Below are positions 10,973 through 23,287 of a stretch of 64,000 nucleotides of DNA, piece by piece. Numbering within the stretch: position 1 is the stretch's first letter; each line of letters starts with the position of its first letter. Source of the stretch: Utricularia gibba. Taxonomy: Eukaryota; Plantae; Magnoliophyta. Position numbers and translations under genes: made by a program. A model generated the notes under the pieces. It made no database searches. It was not told the origin of the DNA and saw only the letters and a program-made list of their open reading frames with translations. The stretch spans positions 1,798,001 to 1,862,000 of the forward strand of contig NEEC01000019.1 of assembly GCA_002189035.1 (NCBI GenBank), in the 5' to 3' direction.

Positions 10973-12838
10973 ATGGCTGGGGAGCAACCCCCCTCCTCCA
11001 TGTTTCGCCAACAACACCAGGAGATTTTGTACAAATCGGCAACACCTTGTGATTTCGTCGCTGCTGGCGGTTATTACGGAAACCCAGTTGGGGGAGGAAT
11101 GATCTTCTCGCCGGATTCTTCTTCCTCACCATCGCATCTTGTTATTGACTCGACGGGGTTGAAGCACGACACTGGCCTCGCCGTTGAGTGGTCGATTGAT
11201 GAGCAATACAAATTGGAGGAGGGTCTTTCCAAGTAGGTATTTTTTTTCTGGGTTACTCGATTCCACGTTGTTACTGTAATGTTGCTATTCGTTATGTTCT
11301 CGAGGTCTCTCTTTTTCTTTTCTTCCCTCTTGTTGTTTCATTATTTTGTAGTTTCGGTTTCCCTTTTCGAGAACTTCAGCAAAAAGTAGTCTATCCTTCG
11401 TTGATTTTTTTTTTTTCTTTTTGCCCATTCTCAACATCTTCTCCAGATATGCAAATGAACCCAATATTATGCGTTACGTAAAGATTGCAGCTTCTCTGAG
11501 AGATAAGTCAGTACGAGATGTTGCCCTGCGGTGTAAATGGATGGGGGTAGGACCTTATCAGTTTTTCATAGAATCAGGGCTTCTTCCTTGAAATGCAGAA
11601 GCATTTTTTGAATCACGTTTCACCTAATGCACACACTTTCTTTTTTTAAGAGAAAGAGGAGGAAAGCGGGGGACCAAAACTTCGTGAAGAAAGTTTCAGA
11701 TATGAAGGTATCATTTTCTTTTATCTCTTTCCAATTTCTGTTGCAGCTGTACTAAGTAGTATGCACATTAGTGCTCTCCATTTTATGATGTGACAAGCTG
11801 ACTGTGAGCTTTTTTTGTGATGATTCTTGTTCTTTGTCCAATCGTACAGCAGGTTGTTCTGCAATTCTGTGTGATGTTTACTTTCAGAATGCCTGTTTTT
11901 TCCAAGCCACACAATCTGTCGAGTAAAAATCCGTGCTAGTAATCGTTTTTTGAAGAATATTACATAAATTTTGGAGCCAACTGAGATTGTACTACCTTAA
12001 GGTGTTTGAGCATGTGCTAGTTTGATGGTTTTATATGCGTTTGGATATGCACACACATTTGTAGACTCGACCATGATATCCTTGAACTCTTGCAGTGGTT
12101 TTTTTGTTATTTGCCTGTTGATATGAATGACATTCTGAAGACTCCAACAACCGGTTTCTAGGAACATTTTGGAGGATCATCATTCAAGAATAGCTTTTCT
12201 TCAGCTGTATCGACAAACTCATTTTCTTCAACCACAACTCATAATGGCCGTCGTAATTCCATGCTTTCAGGAGGTTTATCTCCTTTTCTCATTCTACTGT
12301 GCAAGTTAAGTTCCTTCCTCCAGCCTGCTCAATGCTTTTCTGATCCCTTTGTCTACTGTTTCAGCCATTTCTGGAGCTTCCCGGCACCTTTTAGAGGAAA
12401 ACAACCGGGCGTTCGATCAAATTGCTGCAAATCTTTCATCACTCAAGGTACAGGAGCATCCACTTTGCTAGAAATAATGATTACTTCAATGCAATTTACA
12501 CTCCCAAGTGTCTAAACATTGAAAGAAACTTGTTCTCAGTGAGTCATTGCCGATGAACTCAAGAGTCCTGATGACTACTCTTACGCTCTGCTATTCTCTT
12601 TGCAGTTGCAACAGAATATCGACCTCTTCTTTCGAACGAAGAACAATTTAACTAAAATATTGAACAAGTAAGTTTCATCCTACTCATCTTGCAGCTACAT
12701 GCATGTCTAAAAGGCTTACTCCATTCACAAATGCAGCATGAGAACAACACCTGGATCATGAGCCAAATGCCCCCTCTCCCTATCGCCCTAAACGAGGAAC
12801 TCACCAACCGCATTTTTCCACCCCTCTCACAGGCATAA
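10973..12838 (+). CDS. SANT/Myb-like domain plus DUF3755 protein, 7 exons, one frameshift in the last exon
   Basis: Exons 10973-11232, 11447-11546, 11651-11707, 12162-12273, 12365-12447, 12606-12667, 12737-12838. Motifs LKHDTGLAVEWSIDEQYKLEEGL, RYVKIAASLRDKSVRDVALRCKWM, NIDLFFRTKNN. PGIMSQMPPLP is restored by adding one G at 12753-12754. The exact 3' end is uncertain. Confidence 0.85.
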
Positions 12839-14521
12839 CAAACAACCCAAGTTTTCTTGTTTAGCCATGAACAATGAGAATGCTTGCTTACTAACTCTCA
12901 TAATACTCTGCCAAATCTCTTCAGATCTCAGACTCAGATCGCTGGAAATGGTGACACCCCGAATCATCACCCCAATGGTCTTCCACCAAAGTAGCATCAC
13001 CAAGAAGGGCTTGGATCCATCCCTTCAACAAGAGGATGGCGTGGACATTTTTTGCAGCATGAGTTCAGTGCTGAAGCAGATGAATAAAAAGGGCATTCTC
13101 CTCTCCCCCTCTCATTTTACATTCTCTAGAAACGGTGAGTTGACATCTAAGTTATTAGCAGCAGTCAGTCAGTCAGTCACATAACTCTGTTTGTAACATT
13201 TGGGAAACCAGAGAACTAGTAATAGTTGCTTGCCTTATTGTTGACTACTGAAGTTCATCCTCCTTTTGAATCTGTTTCTGTATAGAAAGGTTCCACTTCC
13301 TCAGTAAAACTGACTTGTCCCTTGAGTGCTTTACCTCCTCTTTCTTTAGAAAATAGTAAAATATTGAAAGATCATAAAAGAAGCCACTTTAAAAATCTCA
13401 TTTAACAGTAATTTATTTTCATTTTTATGTTAAAATTTATTTTTTAATGGTTTTTGTATTCTAAGGATTAAATTCTAAAATCTACATTTCTTTTTTTTAA
13501 AGAACCTCTCTCTAGTTATTGTAAGAAAACTTATTTTTTTATTTTTTAATGGGAAATTCATGCTAAACGGTTCATTTATTTAATAATTTAAATTGATATA
13601 AATGTGTAATTTATTCGTTTAATATTTTGAATAATTGTATAAAATGAATATTATCTCATTTTTATGATTATAATTAACTATTTTCAATTATTTTCATCGT
13701 TAAAAATAAAAAAGTATTTCTTTATATATATTTTTTATTCTGACCATATTGCCTCCCCATACTTCTGAACCTAGCAGTAGGATTTAAATTTCAAAAAATG
13801 TGAATATTTGAATTTCTCAACCAAAAAAAAATAAAAAAAGTGGACCTGGGGATTTTAGTGGTCACGACGCGGCAGAGACTACACTGTTGAATGCACTCGG
13901 TCACATTCACACTTCTCGGCTCCCAGTGCATGCTGGTCAATCCCTTTTTCCTCGTGTTCATTACGAGTGAATTAATACCAGATATCATCGTTGATTCTGA
14001 TTCTATGACTTGGGAATTTTTAGAATTGGAATTGTTTTGTCCTGGAATGCATGTAATATATACTTGGTGTTTTATGATGTTTTTCAGACAGCAGTGGTCG
14101 GGATGGACCATGTTGATGAAGATGGGGTGTAGAAAGGAGATAGCTTTATAAAGGGGGATCTTCTTGTGGGTTAAGAAACAAATGTACGGTTTTAGTTTCA
14201 GAAGCTTGTAGGTTCTCATCCTTCAATTTGGAAGGAATCCGGGTGAAAGTGGGAATGGGGAGACTGGAAGCAATTTATTGTCTGCTCTTAAAGCCAACTA
14301 CTACCGTCTCCTTCACCGCCGACTTGTTTTGTAGATAGTTGATTTTTTTGGTTTCTAGTCATTTCGTTTGACCCCTTCAAGGTGCAGGGTTCATTAACTC
14401 AATCCCCACCCTCCTACGCTACTCGCGCTCCGGGGTTCGGAAGAAAACTCGGCACCCGCCATTCCTGATGAGGAACCCAGTTAGAGTGTTTTAGTTTTTT
14501 TGGGTTTTGCAGAGATTTGAG

Positions 14522-17500
14522 ATGGCTGTGCGGTTTTTCTGCATGGTCTCCATCTGTTTCTGGGTTTCGTCCCAAGCCCAGAGCTCAGGGTGCCATGGGA
14601 CTGATTTAAGTTCTTTGAGGGGTTTCAATGAGCAACTTGATCCGACGAATCGTTTTTCTGATTGGAATTTTGTTTTGGGCAACTGCTGTAGTTGGCCTGG
14701 GATCACTTGCAACAACTATAGTAGAGTGGCAAGATTGGAGCTTGGGAATAGACGGCTCTCTGGGGACATCTCTGCATCGTTGGGGAATATGGAACAGCTG
14801 ACTGTTCTCAATCTCTCCCACAACCTTTTCCAAGGATCAATTCCTCACACGATTTTACATATGCCCAATTTGGAGAAGTTGGATTTGAGCACAAATTTCT
14901 TGAATGGATCGTTTCCCAGTACTATGAACCTGCCTTCACTTCAGATTTTCAATGTTTCAGCAAACAGAATCGTGGGCCCAATTCCTGTTGGTATCTGCAT
15001 CAACTCATCCAATATTTCTAGTTTGGATATGACAGATAATCATTTCAGCGGTGTGCTTCTCCCTGAAGTGGGCAATTGCACCTCATTAAAGGAACTTCTC
15101 ATTGCCTCAAACCATGTCACCGGTGAACTGCCTGAAAGTCTGTTTCGGCTGCACATTTTAGAGGATTTGTTTCTGCAGGATAATCGATTTTCAGGACAGC
15201 TGACTGAGGGTATAGGGAATCTGTCCAAGCTTGTGAACCTTGATTTGTCTTGGAATCGCTTCTCTGGACATCTTCCTGATGTGTTTGATAGATTTGAGCA
15301 GTTAGAATATTTTTCAGCCGAGTCCAATCAGTTAACAGGTGGAATACCGGATTCACTGGCCAACTCTGGAACCATCACTTCTCTTTCATTGAGAAACAAC
15401 ACTCTGGTTGGTAGTATTAATATTAACTGTTCAGCTATGGTTAAACTTGGTTCGCTTAATTTGGCTACTAACAGGTTTGATGGGCCGATTCCTGAAACTC
15501 TTCCTAATTGCCGGCAGCTAAGAACTATAAATTTTGCGCGGATCAATTTTTCCGGGCAAGTTCCAGAGAGTTTCAAGAATTTTTCTAGTCTTTCTTCAAT
15601 ATCTCTTTCGAATTCCAGTATTTCTAACCTTACTGGAGCCTTGGAGGTCTTCCAGAATTGTAGAAACTTGAAGACGTTAATTCTTACTTTGAACTTCAAA
15701 AATGAGAGCATGTCAAGTAGCAACAGTCTCCAGTTCCCTGAACTTAGGATACTTGTTATAGCCAGTTGTGGTCTACAAGGTTCTATTCCTAAGTGGTTGA
15801 ACGGGTGTAGGAACTTGCAGCTTTTGGATTTATCAGTGAACCGTTTAAGTGGTTCGATTCCTCCCTGGTTTGGGAACATGTCATCTCTCTTTTACTTGGA
15901 TATATCGAATAACAAGTTGTTTGGGGAGATCCCTAAAGAACTTACCGAAATGCAGAGCCTCGTGAATGGCAATGTCTCACTTGAAGAGGCTTCCTCAGGC
16001 TTCCCTTTCTTTGTGAGAAGGAACACGACTGGTTTCAAGTATAGGCAAGTTTTAAGTTTTCCTCCAACATTGGCACTTGGAAACAATAGTCTCAACGGGT
16101 CGATCTGGCCTGAGTTTGGAAATCTGAAAGAGTTGATTGTTTTGGACTTAGATCATAATTTCCTATCTGGTCATATTCCAAGCAATTTGTCTGAAATGAG
16201 AAGCCTGGAGACATTGGATTTGTCTTTCAACAATTTGAGTGGAAGCATCCCACCTTCATTAACTAACCTCAGTTTTTTGTCAAAGTTCAATGTTGCACAC
16301 AATTCACTATCTGGCCCTATTCCGGTGGGAGGACAGTTCTCTACGTTTCCAAACTCGAGCTTTGCTGGTAACCAGGATCTATGTGGAGATCATGCCCTTC
16401 TTCCCTGTCCCCGTAGACCTGAAGCTCCTGAAGCTCCTGCAGCAACTGCCAGGATGAGCAGATCAAATATTACAGCTTTGGCGGTAGGAACTGGCTTGGG
16501 GAGTGCTATTGTTATTTCTCTGATATGCTTTCTTGTGTTACGCTCATGCAATCTCAAGGACACTGTTCCAAGGGATTCTGGTAGTGAGTATACAGACGAG
16601 GAAGACTTATCAAGTGTAGCCATCTTATGTCAGGACAAGAACTCTGCCAGTGAGATGTATTTTGATGAGCTTTTGAAAGCTACAGACAACTTTGCGCAGT
16701 CGAATATCATCGGTTGTGGGGGATTTGGTTTTGTTTACAAAGCTGTACTCTCTGATGGAAGGAAGGTTGCAATAAAACGCCTCTGTGGTGATCACTTTCA
16801 GATGGAAAGAGAATTCCGTGCTGAGATAGAGACATTGTCCAGGGCTCAGCATCCGAATCTGGTTCGTCTTCAAGGCTACTGCAAATACAGAGAGGACAGG
16901 CTGCTGATCTACACATTCATGGAGAATGGGAGTCTAGACTATTGGTTACATGAGAATGTAGATGGCCCCTCCGAATTGAACTGGAGAAGAAGGCTTGAAA
17001 TAGCAAAGGGAGCTGCAAGGGGTCTTGCTTACTTGCACCTCTGCTGTGAGCCTCACATCATCCATCGTGATATAAAATCAAGCAACATCCTTCTAAATGA
17101 GAGATTTGAGGCACATTTAGCGGATTTTGGACTTGCTCGTCTCATCCTTCCCTTTGCAACTCATGTTTCAACTGATCTTGTGGGCACACTTGGATACATT
17201 CCACCAGAATATGGCTTAGCCTCTGTTGCAACATACAAGGGGGATGTGTATAGCTTTGGAATAGTTCTTCTGGAGATCCTAACAGGCAAGAGACCTATGG
17301 ATATTTGCAGGCCAAAAGAATGCAGGAATTTGGTCGAATGGGTTGCTGGAATGAAAGAAGAGAAAAGGGAAACTGAAGTGTTTGATCCTGTGATATTTGA
17401 CAGACAATATGTCAATGAAATGACGAAGGTTCTTGATATTGCATGGGTTTGCTTGAATGACAACCCAAGGCTGAGACCTTCAATTGAAGAGTTGGTGTCT

Positions 17501-17542
17501 TGGCTTGAACAAGTGGACATGCAGACAAATCCTTGTATGTAA
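14522..17542 (+). CDS. PSKR1: Phytosulfokine receptor 1-like LRR receptor kinase, intronless, 1006 aa
   Basis: Intact ORF from ATG 14522. Signal peptide, LRRs, island region FPFFVRRNTTGFKYRQVLSFPPTLALGNNSLNGSIWPEFGNLK, TM helix, kinase with GCGGFGFVYK, HRDIKSSNILL, DFG and GTLGYIPPEY. Confidence 0.93.
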   Translation: MAVRFFCMVSICFWVSSQAQSSGCHGTDLSSLRGFNEQLDPTNRFSDWNFVLGNCCSWPGITCNNYSRVARLELGNRRLSGDISASLGNMEQLTVLNLSHNLFQGSIPHTILHMPNLEKLDLSTNFLNGSFPSTMNLPSLQIFNVSANRIVGPIPVGICINSSNISSLDMTDNHFSGVLLPEVGNCTSLKELLIASNHVTGELPESLFRLHILEDLFLQDNRFSGQLTEGIGNLSKLVNLDLSWNRFSGHLPDVFDRFEQLEYFSAESNQLTGGIPDSLANSGTITSLSLRNNTLVGSININCSAMVKLGSLNLATNRFDGPIPETLPNCRQLRTINFARINFSGQVPESFKNFSSLSSISLSNSSISNLTGALEVFQNCRNLKTLILTLNFKNESMSSSNSLQFPELRILVIASCGLQGSIPKWLNGCRNLQLLDLSVNRLSGSIPPWFGNMSSLFYLDISNNKLFGEIPKELTEMQSLVNGNVSLEEASSGFPFFVRRNTTGFKYRQVLSFPPTLALGNNSLNGSIWPEFGNLKELIVLDLDHNFLSGHIPSNLSEMRSLETLDLSFNNLSGSIPPSLTNLSFLSKFNVAHNSLSGPIPVGGQFSTFPNSSFAGNQDLCGDHALLPCPRRPEAPEAPAATARMSRSNITALAVGTGLGSAIVISLICFLVLRSCNLKDTVPRDSGSEYTDEEDLSSVAILCQDKNSASEMYFDELLKATDNFAQSNIIGCGGFGFVYKAVLSDGRKVAIKRLCGDHFQMEREFRAEIETLSRAQHPNLVRLQGYCKYREDRLLIYTFMENGSLDYWLHENVDGPSELNWRRRLEIAKGAARGLAYLHLCCEPHIIHRDIKSSNILLNERFEAHLADFGLARLILPFATHVSTDLVGTLGYIPPEYGLASVATYKGDVYSFGIVLLEILTGKRPMDICRPKECRNLVEWVAGMKEEKRETEVFDPVIFDRQYVNEMTKVLDIAWVCLNDNPRLRPSIEELVSWLEQVDMQTNPCM

Positions 17543-17719
17543 ATGATACTTATTTGTTCATTTTTTGGTGTAAACTTGTACAACATTCTTCTTGGTAGGC
17601 ATATTTCATGGAAATCTGGCTGGACTAAACAATAAATGAAGGTGACCAAGTGCACATTGGAAGAGCAGTAGAAAGAACTAAAATTTACAGCAGGCCTTGC
17701 TCGGATCCATGCATTTTCA

Positions 17720-19942
17720 TCACTGGATCGGGTGGTACTGTGTGACACCTCTTTTGGGGGGCAATTTTCTCAGTATGAAGAGAACCAGAGAGGAAGGTAA
17801 TATCTCCACCAGCTGAAAAATTGATAGGCATGCGCTTGTTTTTGGTGGGTGTGTATGTGATTGCCAAAAACTCAACAGTGCGCATCACTGAACGAGGGAA
17901 CTCACCAAGTAGTAGATAAGGTTTAGAATAGGATGATCCAGAACATCCAGATCCGCAGCTGGATCAAATGCATCAAAGCACATCTGCATATTACGTACAG
18001 AGAGAAGGCAAAGTCAGGTGTATTTTATCCCCGAGGGAGAATTGTAGTATGAATGGAAATGAGAAGGTGAACAATTCTGAACTGCAGAGATGGAATAAAT
18101 CAGATGATAAACAGCAAGAAGTGGAAAGAAATCAGTCTCACCATAATGCACCTGACGAGAAAGCATGAAACGCATATGGTAGTGACGTATCCAACCTGGA
18201 AACAACGATGAGATGATTTAAGGAGAGGTGTAAAAACTGAGTACTGATGGGCCGGAGAATTTGATCAGCGTTTTGTGGTACCTCATGCAGCTTTTTGCGC
18301 CTTCCTCTTGACTCTACAGGAAACCTTTGCAGCATCAAGAAGAGTCTGCATCAAGAATTTGATGAAGATCTTCCAGAGCTGAAGTTGTGGATTTTAATGG
18401 CTTCATAAAGGAGACCACCAAGACAAGTAACTAATAGAAATGGTTGATGAAGACTACCTTCCACCATAGAGAAGAAACCCCAAAGCGGCAACAAGAGACA
18501 CGCCTGCAATTCTCACATGAAGTTGGTGGATGCACTCGAATAGATAAGATAGGTAGTTATAATCTAGTGCAACAAATCAAAAGTAACAATTATTTGAGTA
18601 AACCTGCAAAGAACATTTTGGACAAGATGATCACTAAGGGGACAGGTTTCCACCAGAGAATTAGCCAAAGTGTGATCTGAAAGTATAAAGCAAAATGAAA
18701 AACCATGTTTCTTTAGATAACATTTTGAGTACAAACTGTTAACTGTTAACCAAATACACACATGAGGCGGGCACAAGATACACTTTTAAGATATTGGATA
18801 GAGATAGTTTCCTGTAAGCTGGAGAGAGATGGACTGCATTCTTAGATACTAGACCAAACTGGCGCAGAAGAAAATAACTTGCCTGAATGGCATATACTAC
18901 CCCATTTATCGTGTAAAAAGCCGGCCTCAGCCCATCCGTAGACTGAATTTGAGCCTGAAACCATCAAAACATTTTGAGATAGTCAGACACCTAGGAGTTC
19001 AAGCAAATAAAAGAGAGCCATGAAAAAAATGGACAAACCTGATAATAGATTTCAGCCCAAAACAAAACAAGCAGTGCGTAAGTTGAGAAAAATCCAAGAG
19101 TCGGCAAGTCAAGCAACACGTGCTGAACAATCTACACATAATGCACAATTCTTCATGTGATTAGACTTTTAACGAGCGAAATAACTTGAGAGCCATGGTC
19201 TTACCTCCGGATTCAGATTTTGAATATCGCGACGAAATACAAACACCAGGCAACGAACTAGTTGGCAAATACAGCACCACTCGTTCAGTATAACTATTAA
19301 AGAACATCTTATTTCACGTATCATAAGTGCATTGAAAGCCATTAAACCTGCATTAACCAAGAAATTGAGGCCATGAAATACTTTCTGTGTCGTCCATCCG
19401 AACTCAGGAACTCTCAGTTGGATCCTAACATATTGCATCTGCAAAAATATGACTTCATTCTTTTGATAAAAGGTTCGCTATTAAATCTAACCACGGGAAT
19501 ACAAATTGTAGATAAAGACGCCCCACACCAAGAACAGGGTCAATGACAACGAGCGCAGTTGCATTACATCGCATTATAAACCCACATGCCTGCCTAACAA
19601 GATTACCCTTTTGTTTGAGCAACTGCTAGGTATTCTTTTCACACGTAACTGACCTAAAAACAAAAGAAAACAAGCATCGCCCCCACAATAAATCAAATCG
19701 TAAGTTCTGAAATACCCAAGGATTGAAGAAACAAAACGTAATAGAACGTAAAACCAAGCCCCAGAAACATTTACAATGGCAACAAAGGCGATGATCCCAT
19801 AAAGCACGGCGAGAGCGTGAAAAATACAATCCTGCCACGCGGGTGATTCATTGACAACGTCCCACCAAGATGTGGAATCCTTGAGGCGAAGCGCCGGGTG
19901 GGAAAGGCCGCCGCCGCCGTCGCCGCCGCCGTACACTGCCAT
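17720..19942 (-). CDS. TOM3: Tobamovirus multiplication protein TOM3/THH1-like multi-pass membrane protein, 11 exons, 294 aa
   Basis: Exons 19942-19775, 19438-19348, 19257-19205, 19131-19039, 18954-18883, 18676-18604, 18503-18458, 18345-18282, 18195-18142, 17983-17906, 17812-17720 are all in phase. Motifs [59 protein letters not shown]. Confidence 0.92.
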
Positions 19943-20040
19943 GAAGAAAGGTATTTGCGGTGGCGCAACACGGTGGGTTGGTTAGAAAAGAATTATTCCT
20001 GGGGAAGAAAAAGAGAGGCGAAGATGGAACGGCGATCGGC

Positions 20041-20063
20041 GACACGTGGTGTCCTGACGTGTC
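20041..20063. promoter_or_regulatory. Tandem ABRE/G-box elements upstream of TOM3
   Basis: gacacgtgg at 20041-20049 and acgtgtc at 20057-20063, about 100-120 nt upstream of the TOM3 ATG. Confidence 0.45.
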
Positions 20064-20516
20064 AGGATGGGGCAACATAAAGCAATTCTTGTTCCTGGTT
20101 GAAGCCGCTGATCCAGATCCGGATCCGGATCCATTAATTGCTCAGGATATAATAACATCATCCCAATACGCAATTTCACAAAGCAAATTACTAATTTCTG
20201 AACAAATATTAAATTCATTAAAATGTAAAACAAAATTTCATATTTACTGTTTTTCTTTTAAAGGTTTAAATATTAAAAACTCCAGAAATATCATCTTCTA
20301 AAATGGAAATGTAGGATGGTTAACCAGTTCAGAGAGTCCTACACACTTCAGAATCACATCAGACCTTCACATTATTTGTGCAGATAGCATAATTTCAGGA
20401 GAAAACGCACAGAACAAAATTGCCTCACTCAACCAGTCATCAAAAGCTCACAGCCTGTATTGTGCAAAGTGAAGTCAAGGGCAGCTAAACTTTGTGTAAA
20501 GGGTAGCTGTATTGCT

Positions 20517-22476
20517 CTACTCATGCTCAGGATCACTGGGAGATTCGCCATCAGAGTCGGGTTTTCCAGAAATTTCGACCATCTTTTCTAGTGACTCAAG
20601 ATCACCTGCCTCTGAAGTAGTGTGGAGCCTGAGCTTCTCAGCATCTTCGCTGAAAGAGATGCAAATGTGAGAGGGATTCAATTTTTGTAGGATAGAGAAT
20701 CATGAACACCAAAAGCAGGGAAGAATCCAAGGAAATTGACTTACTCGGACACCCCAAAGATGTCCTTGACTGTAAGGGTGCTATCTCTTGAACAAAATTC
20801 AGGGAGCTGCTCCATACAACAAAGAGGATCAGCCTTATGTTTCTAGTTTTAGGCGATTCCGGAGTAATTTCCATAAAGAAGTGTTGCTCTCAAAGAGTAG
20901 AGGATAACCTCAGAAAGGTAATAGATCTTCCCGAAAAGGGCTTGCACCACAAGTTTTCTTTGGAAACCCTTCTCAGAATATCCTGACATATCCATGACTA
21001 CAGGTCCTGAAATAACCAGTTCAATGGTGCCATGAGTATGATCATTCGCTTCAGGTTGTTGAATGCAGTATTACCATCAAACAGCAATGAGAAAATAATG
21101 ATAATAATAATAATCATGACTACTTCAGTAGTAAGAAAAGCCCCTAATGTTTAAAGAAAATGGATCCCAAGCAAGAACCTGATCAAGAATATTTCAGTAG
21201 TGCTGCGTTCTCGGATAATCAAGACTAGAATTAAGCAGAAAAAGGTTTTCGGAAAAAAAAAAAAACAAATTGATATTCTTAAACCAACCATTCTCCTTGA
21301 CAATCAGCCTTGAAATTTCATTTAGAATTCCAGCTAGTTGAGGATCATCCAACTCTGTTTTCCTTCTCAGCTGGATCAGATTAGAAACCAACTTTCCATC
21401 AAATGGCTTCTCATTCAAGGCATACCGAATGTATTTACGTAGAATCTCTTCCATTTTAAAACCTGTCTGCAACACAAAAGCAAATAAATTCAAGGCTGTC
21501 GAGGCATGCCATGAACGCACGATGACAAGATTCACCATATATAATATATTTCTCTCTCTTGTATGCAAATAATTCATCTCACTCCTCAAGGTAGATGCTT
21601 TATGATGCCTCTAGTGAAGCAAATGGAAGCTTACTAGCACCAGCACCGCTGAATAAACGGTGTAGCTAAACAAAATACCCGCAAATTTCACACGACACTA
21701 ATCAAAAGCCCACGACTTACAGAAGATCTTACTTTAAATCACATAACTGGAATTGGGAAAACAACCTTCTGCATAAAACCCTGCAAAGCTGGTCCATAAT
21801 CTTCTATATTTCCTTTCTCAAACAGCTCATCAATTGATTTGCATAGATCAGCATTTTTGTAAACCTGCAAGATTCATTCTTTGAATTGGTCATTACTGAC
21901 ACATGCTACACAGTTAGACTCAATCAGGGCACTTGTAAACAACTAGGGCAGGGGAAAGGAACAACACAAATGATTCTTAAAATACATATCTTAACAGCAT
22001 AGTTGCAAAAGGCAATGAAAACAGACCAATTTGCGACGTTTCTCACGAGGAGAATTGAACTTCCGAACAGCTTTAACAAAGGCAATCACAAAAGTGACCC
22101 CAAAATAAGCCAAAGGAACTGCGAGGACCCAAGGCAAAGGGCTCTGGCCAACCCTAGGACCAGGAATGGCCTGTGTCACGGAACCAGTGAACTCAACTAA
22201 ATCTAAAGCCTTCTCCTGTATCCATGGAAGATCCTCCTCTACTTCCTCTTCTTCCTCCTCCACACTTGCCTCCTTCTCATTCGAACCATTGCTTCTTTTA
22301 TCACTACTTGCGACTGCTCTCACGCCGATGCGAGAAGCAGACGACGGTGACACGTATACCGAAGAGCGTAACGGAAATTGGATTGGGATTCTCGTGAAAA
22401 TGCGTGAATCCCTTGTGCTTCTAGAACTGGAAACCAGAGAGCAGCCAGCATACAAGCTGCCCGCGCAAGTGCTCAT
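20517..22476 (-). CDS. Conserved plant protein of unknown function with a probable plastid transit peptide and one TM helix, 6 exons
   Basis: Exons 22476-22027, 21864-21766, 21466-21289, 21006-20909, 20806-20745, 20649-20517 are in phase. S/R-rich N-terminus; motifs LPWIQEKALDLVEFTGSVTQAIPGPRVG and MEEILRKYIRYALNEKPF. Confidence 0.85.
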
Positions 22477-23287
22477 ATTTCTCCTCCAACTGAAAATTCA
22501 AACAAAAATATCCGGTAAATGTGATCACGGCGCGGCGTTCAGCGGCTTCCCGTGAATGGGAGAAACTCCGGCGGCGTACTCTTGGAAACTGGATAAAATC
22601 AATGGAATTTGGAACAGAAAAATTGTATTACAGATGCTGCCCCGATCTTTATGGAATTACAAGTTTTGAAGAAATGTGGGGTTAAAATGGAAATTATGGA
22701 AAGTATTGGGGCCTGCGACACAAATGGCGACGAATAGAGAAATCCTTCAAAATCCAACAGAAATTGACCCCAAACGTCAAAAAAATTCCCTATAAACAGA
22801 ATCTCGCACTTGCATCTTGTGGCTGCGCAAAAAGAAAAAAAAAAAAAAAAGATTCAAAATTTGACTACAACGCCTGTCTATTTTTGAAGTTGCGAAGTTG
22901 CAATCCAACAAATTGTGAAGCTTGGATCTGGAAAGAGACATCTCTTTTTCTCTGTTCTTCTGTGGTTTCCCGCTGACGCTGTGGATTTTCTCGCATCGAA
23001 CCTGCAGCAGTAGATATATATCTTCAGCACAGTATCTGGGATACCTCTCATATAGTGTTGGACTTTATCGATTCAGATTCGAGAACCAAGAAGCGCTTCA
23101 GTGAAAATGCGGAGCTTTTCATGCATTCCTTCAAACATGACGTGATCTGCTCAAGGTACGGGATAGTTGATGGAATGCGAATGCAGTTGGCGCTGATTTC
23201 TTGGGATCTGCAAGATTATTCTGATTTTTTTTCTGAGCTGCACATTGCGCAATTTCTTTGGCTGGATTTTAGCCTGTGAGCGGTGAA

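Noticed and set aside
13791-14219. 142-aa and 86-aa ORFs upstream of PSKR1, and AT-rich ORFs such as 53562..53888
   Set aside because: They have low-complexity composition, no family motifs and no convincing splice context; probably promoter or spacer DNA.
20110-20132. GATCC(A/G) tandem hexamer repeats
   Set aside because: Four units of a simple repeat; not a CRISPR-like or structured array.
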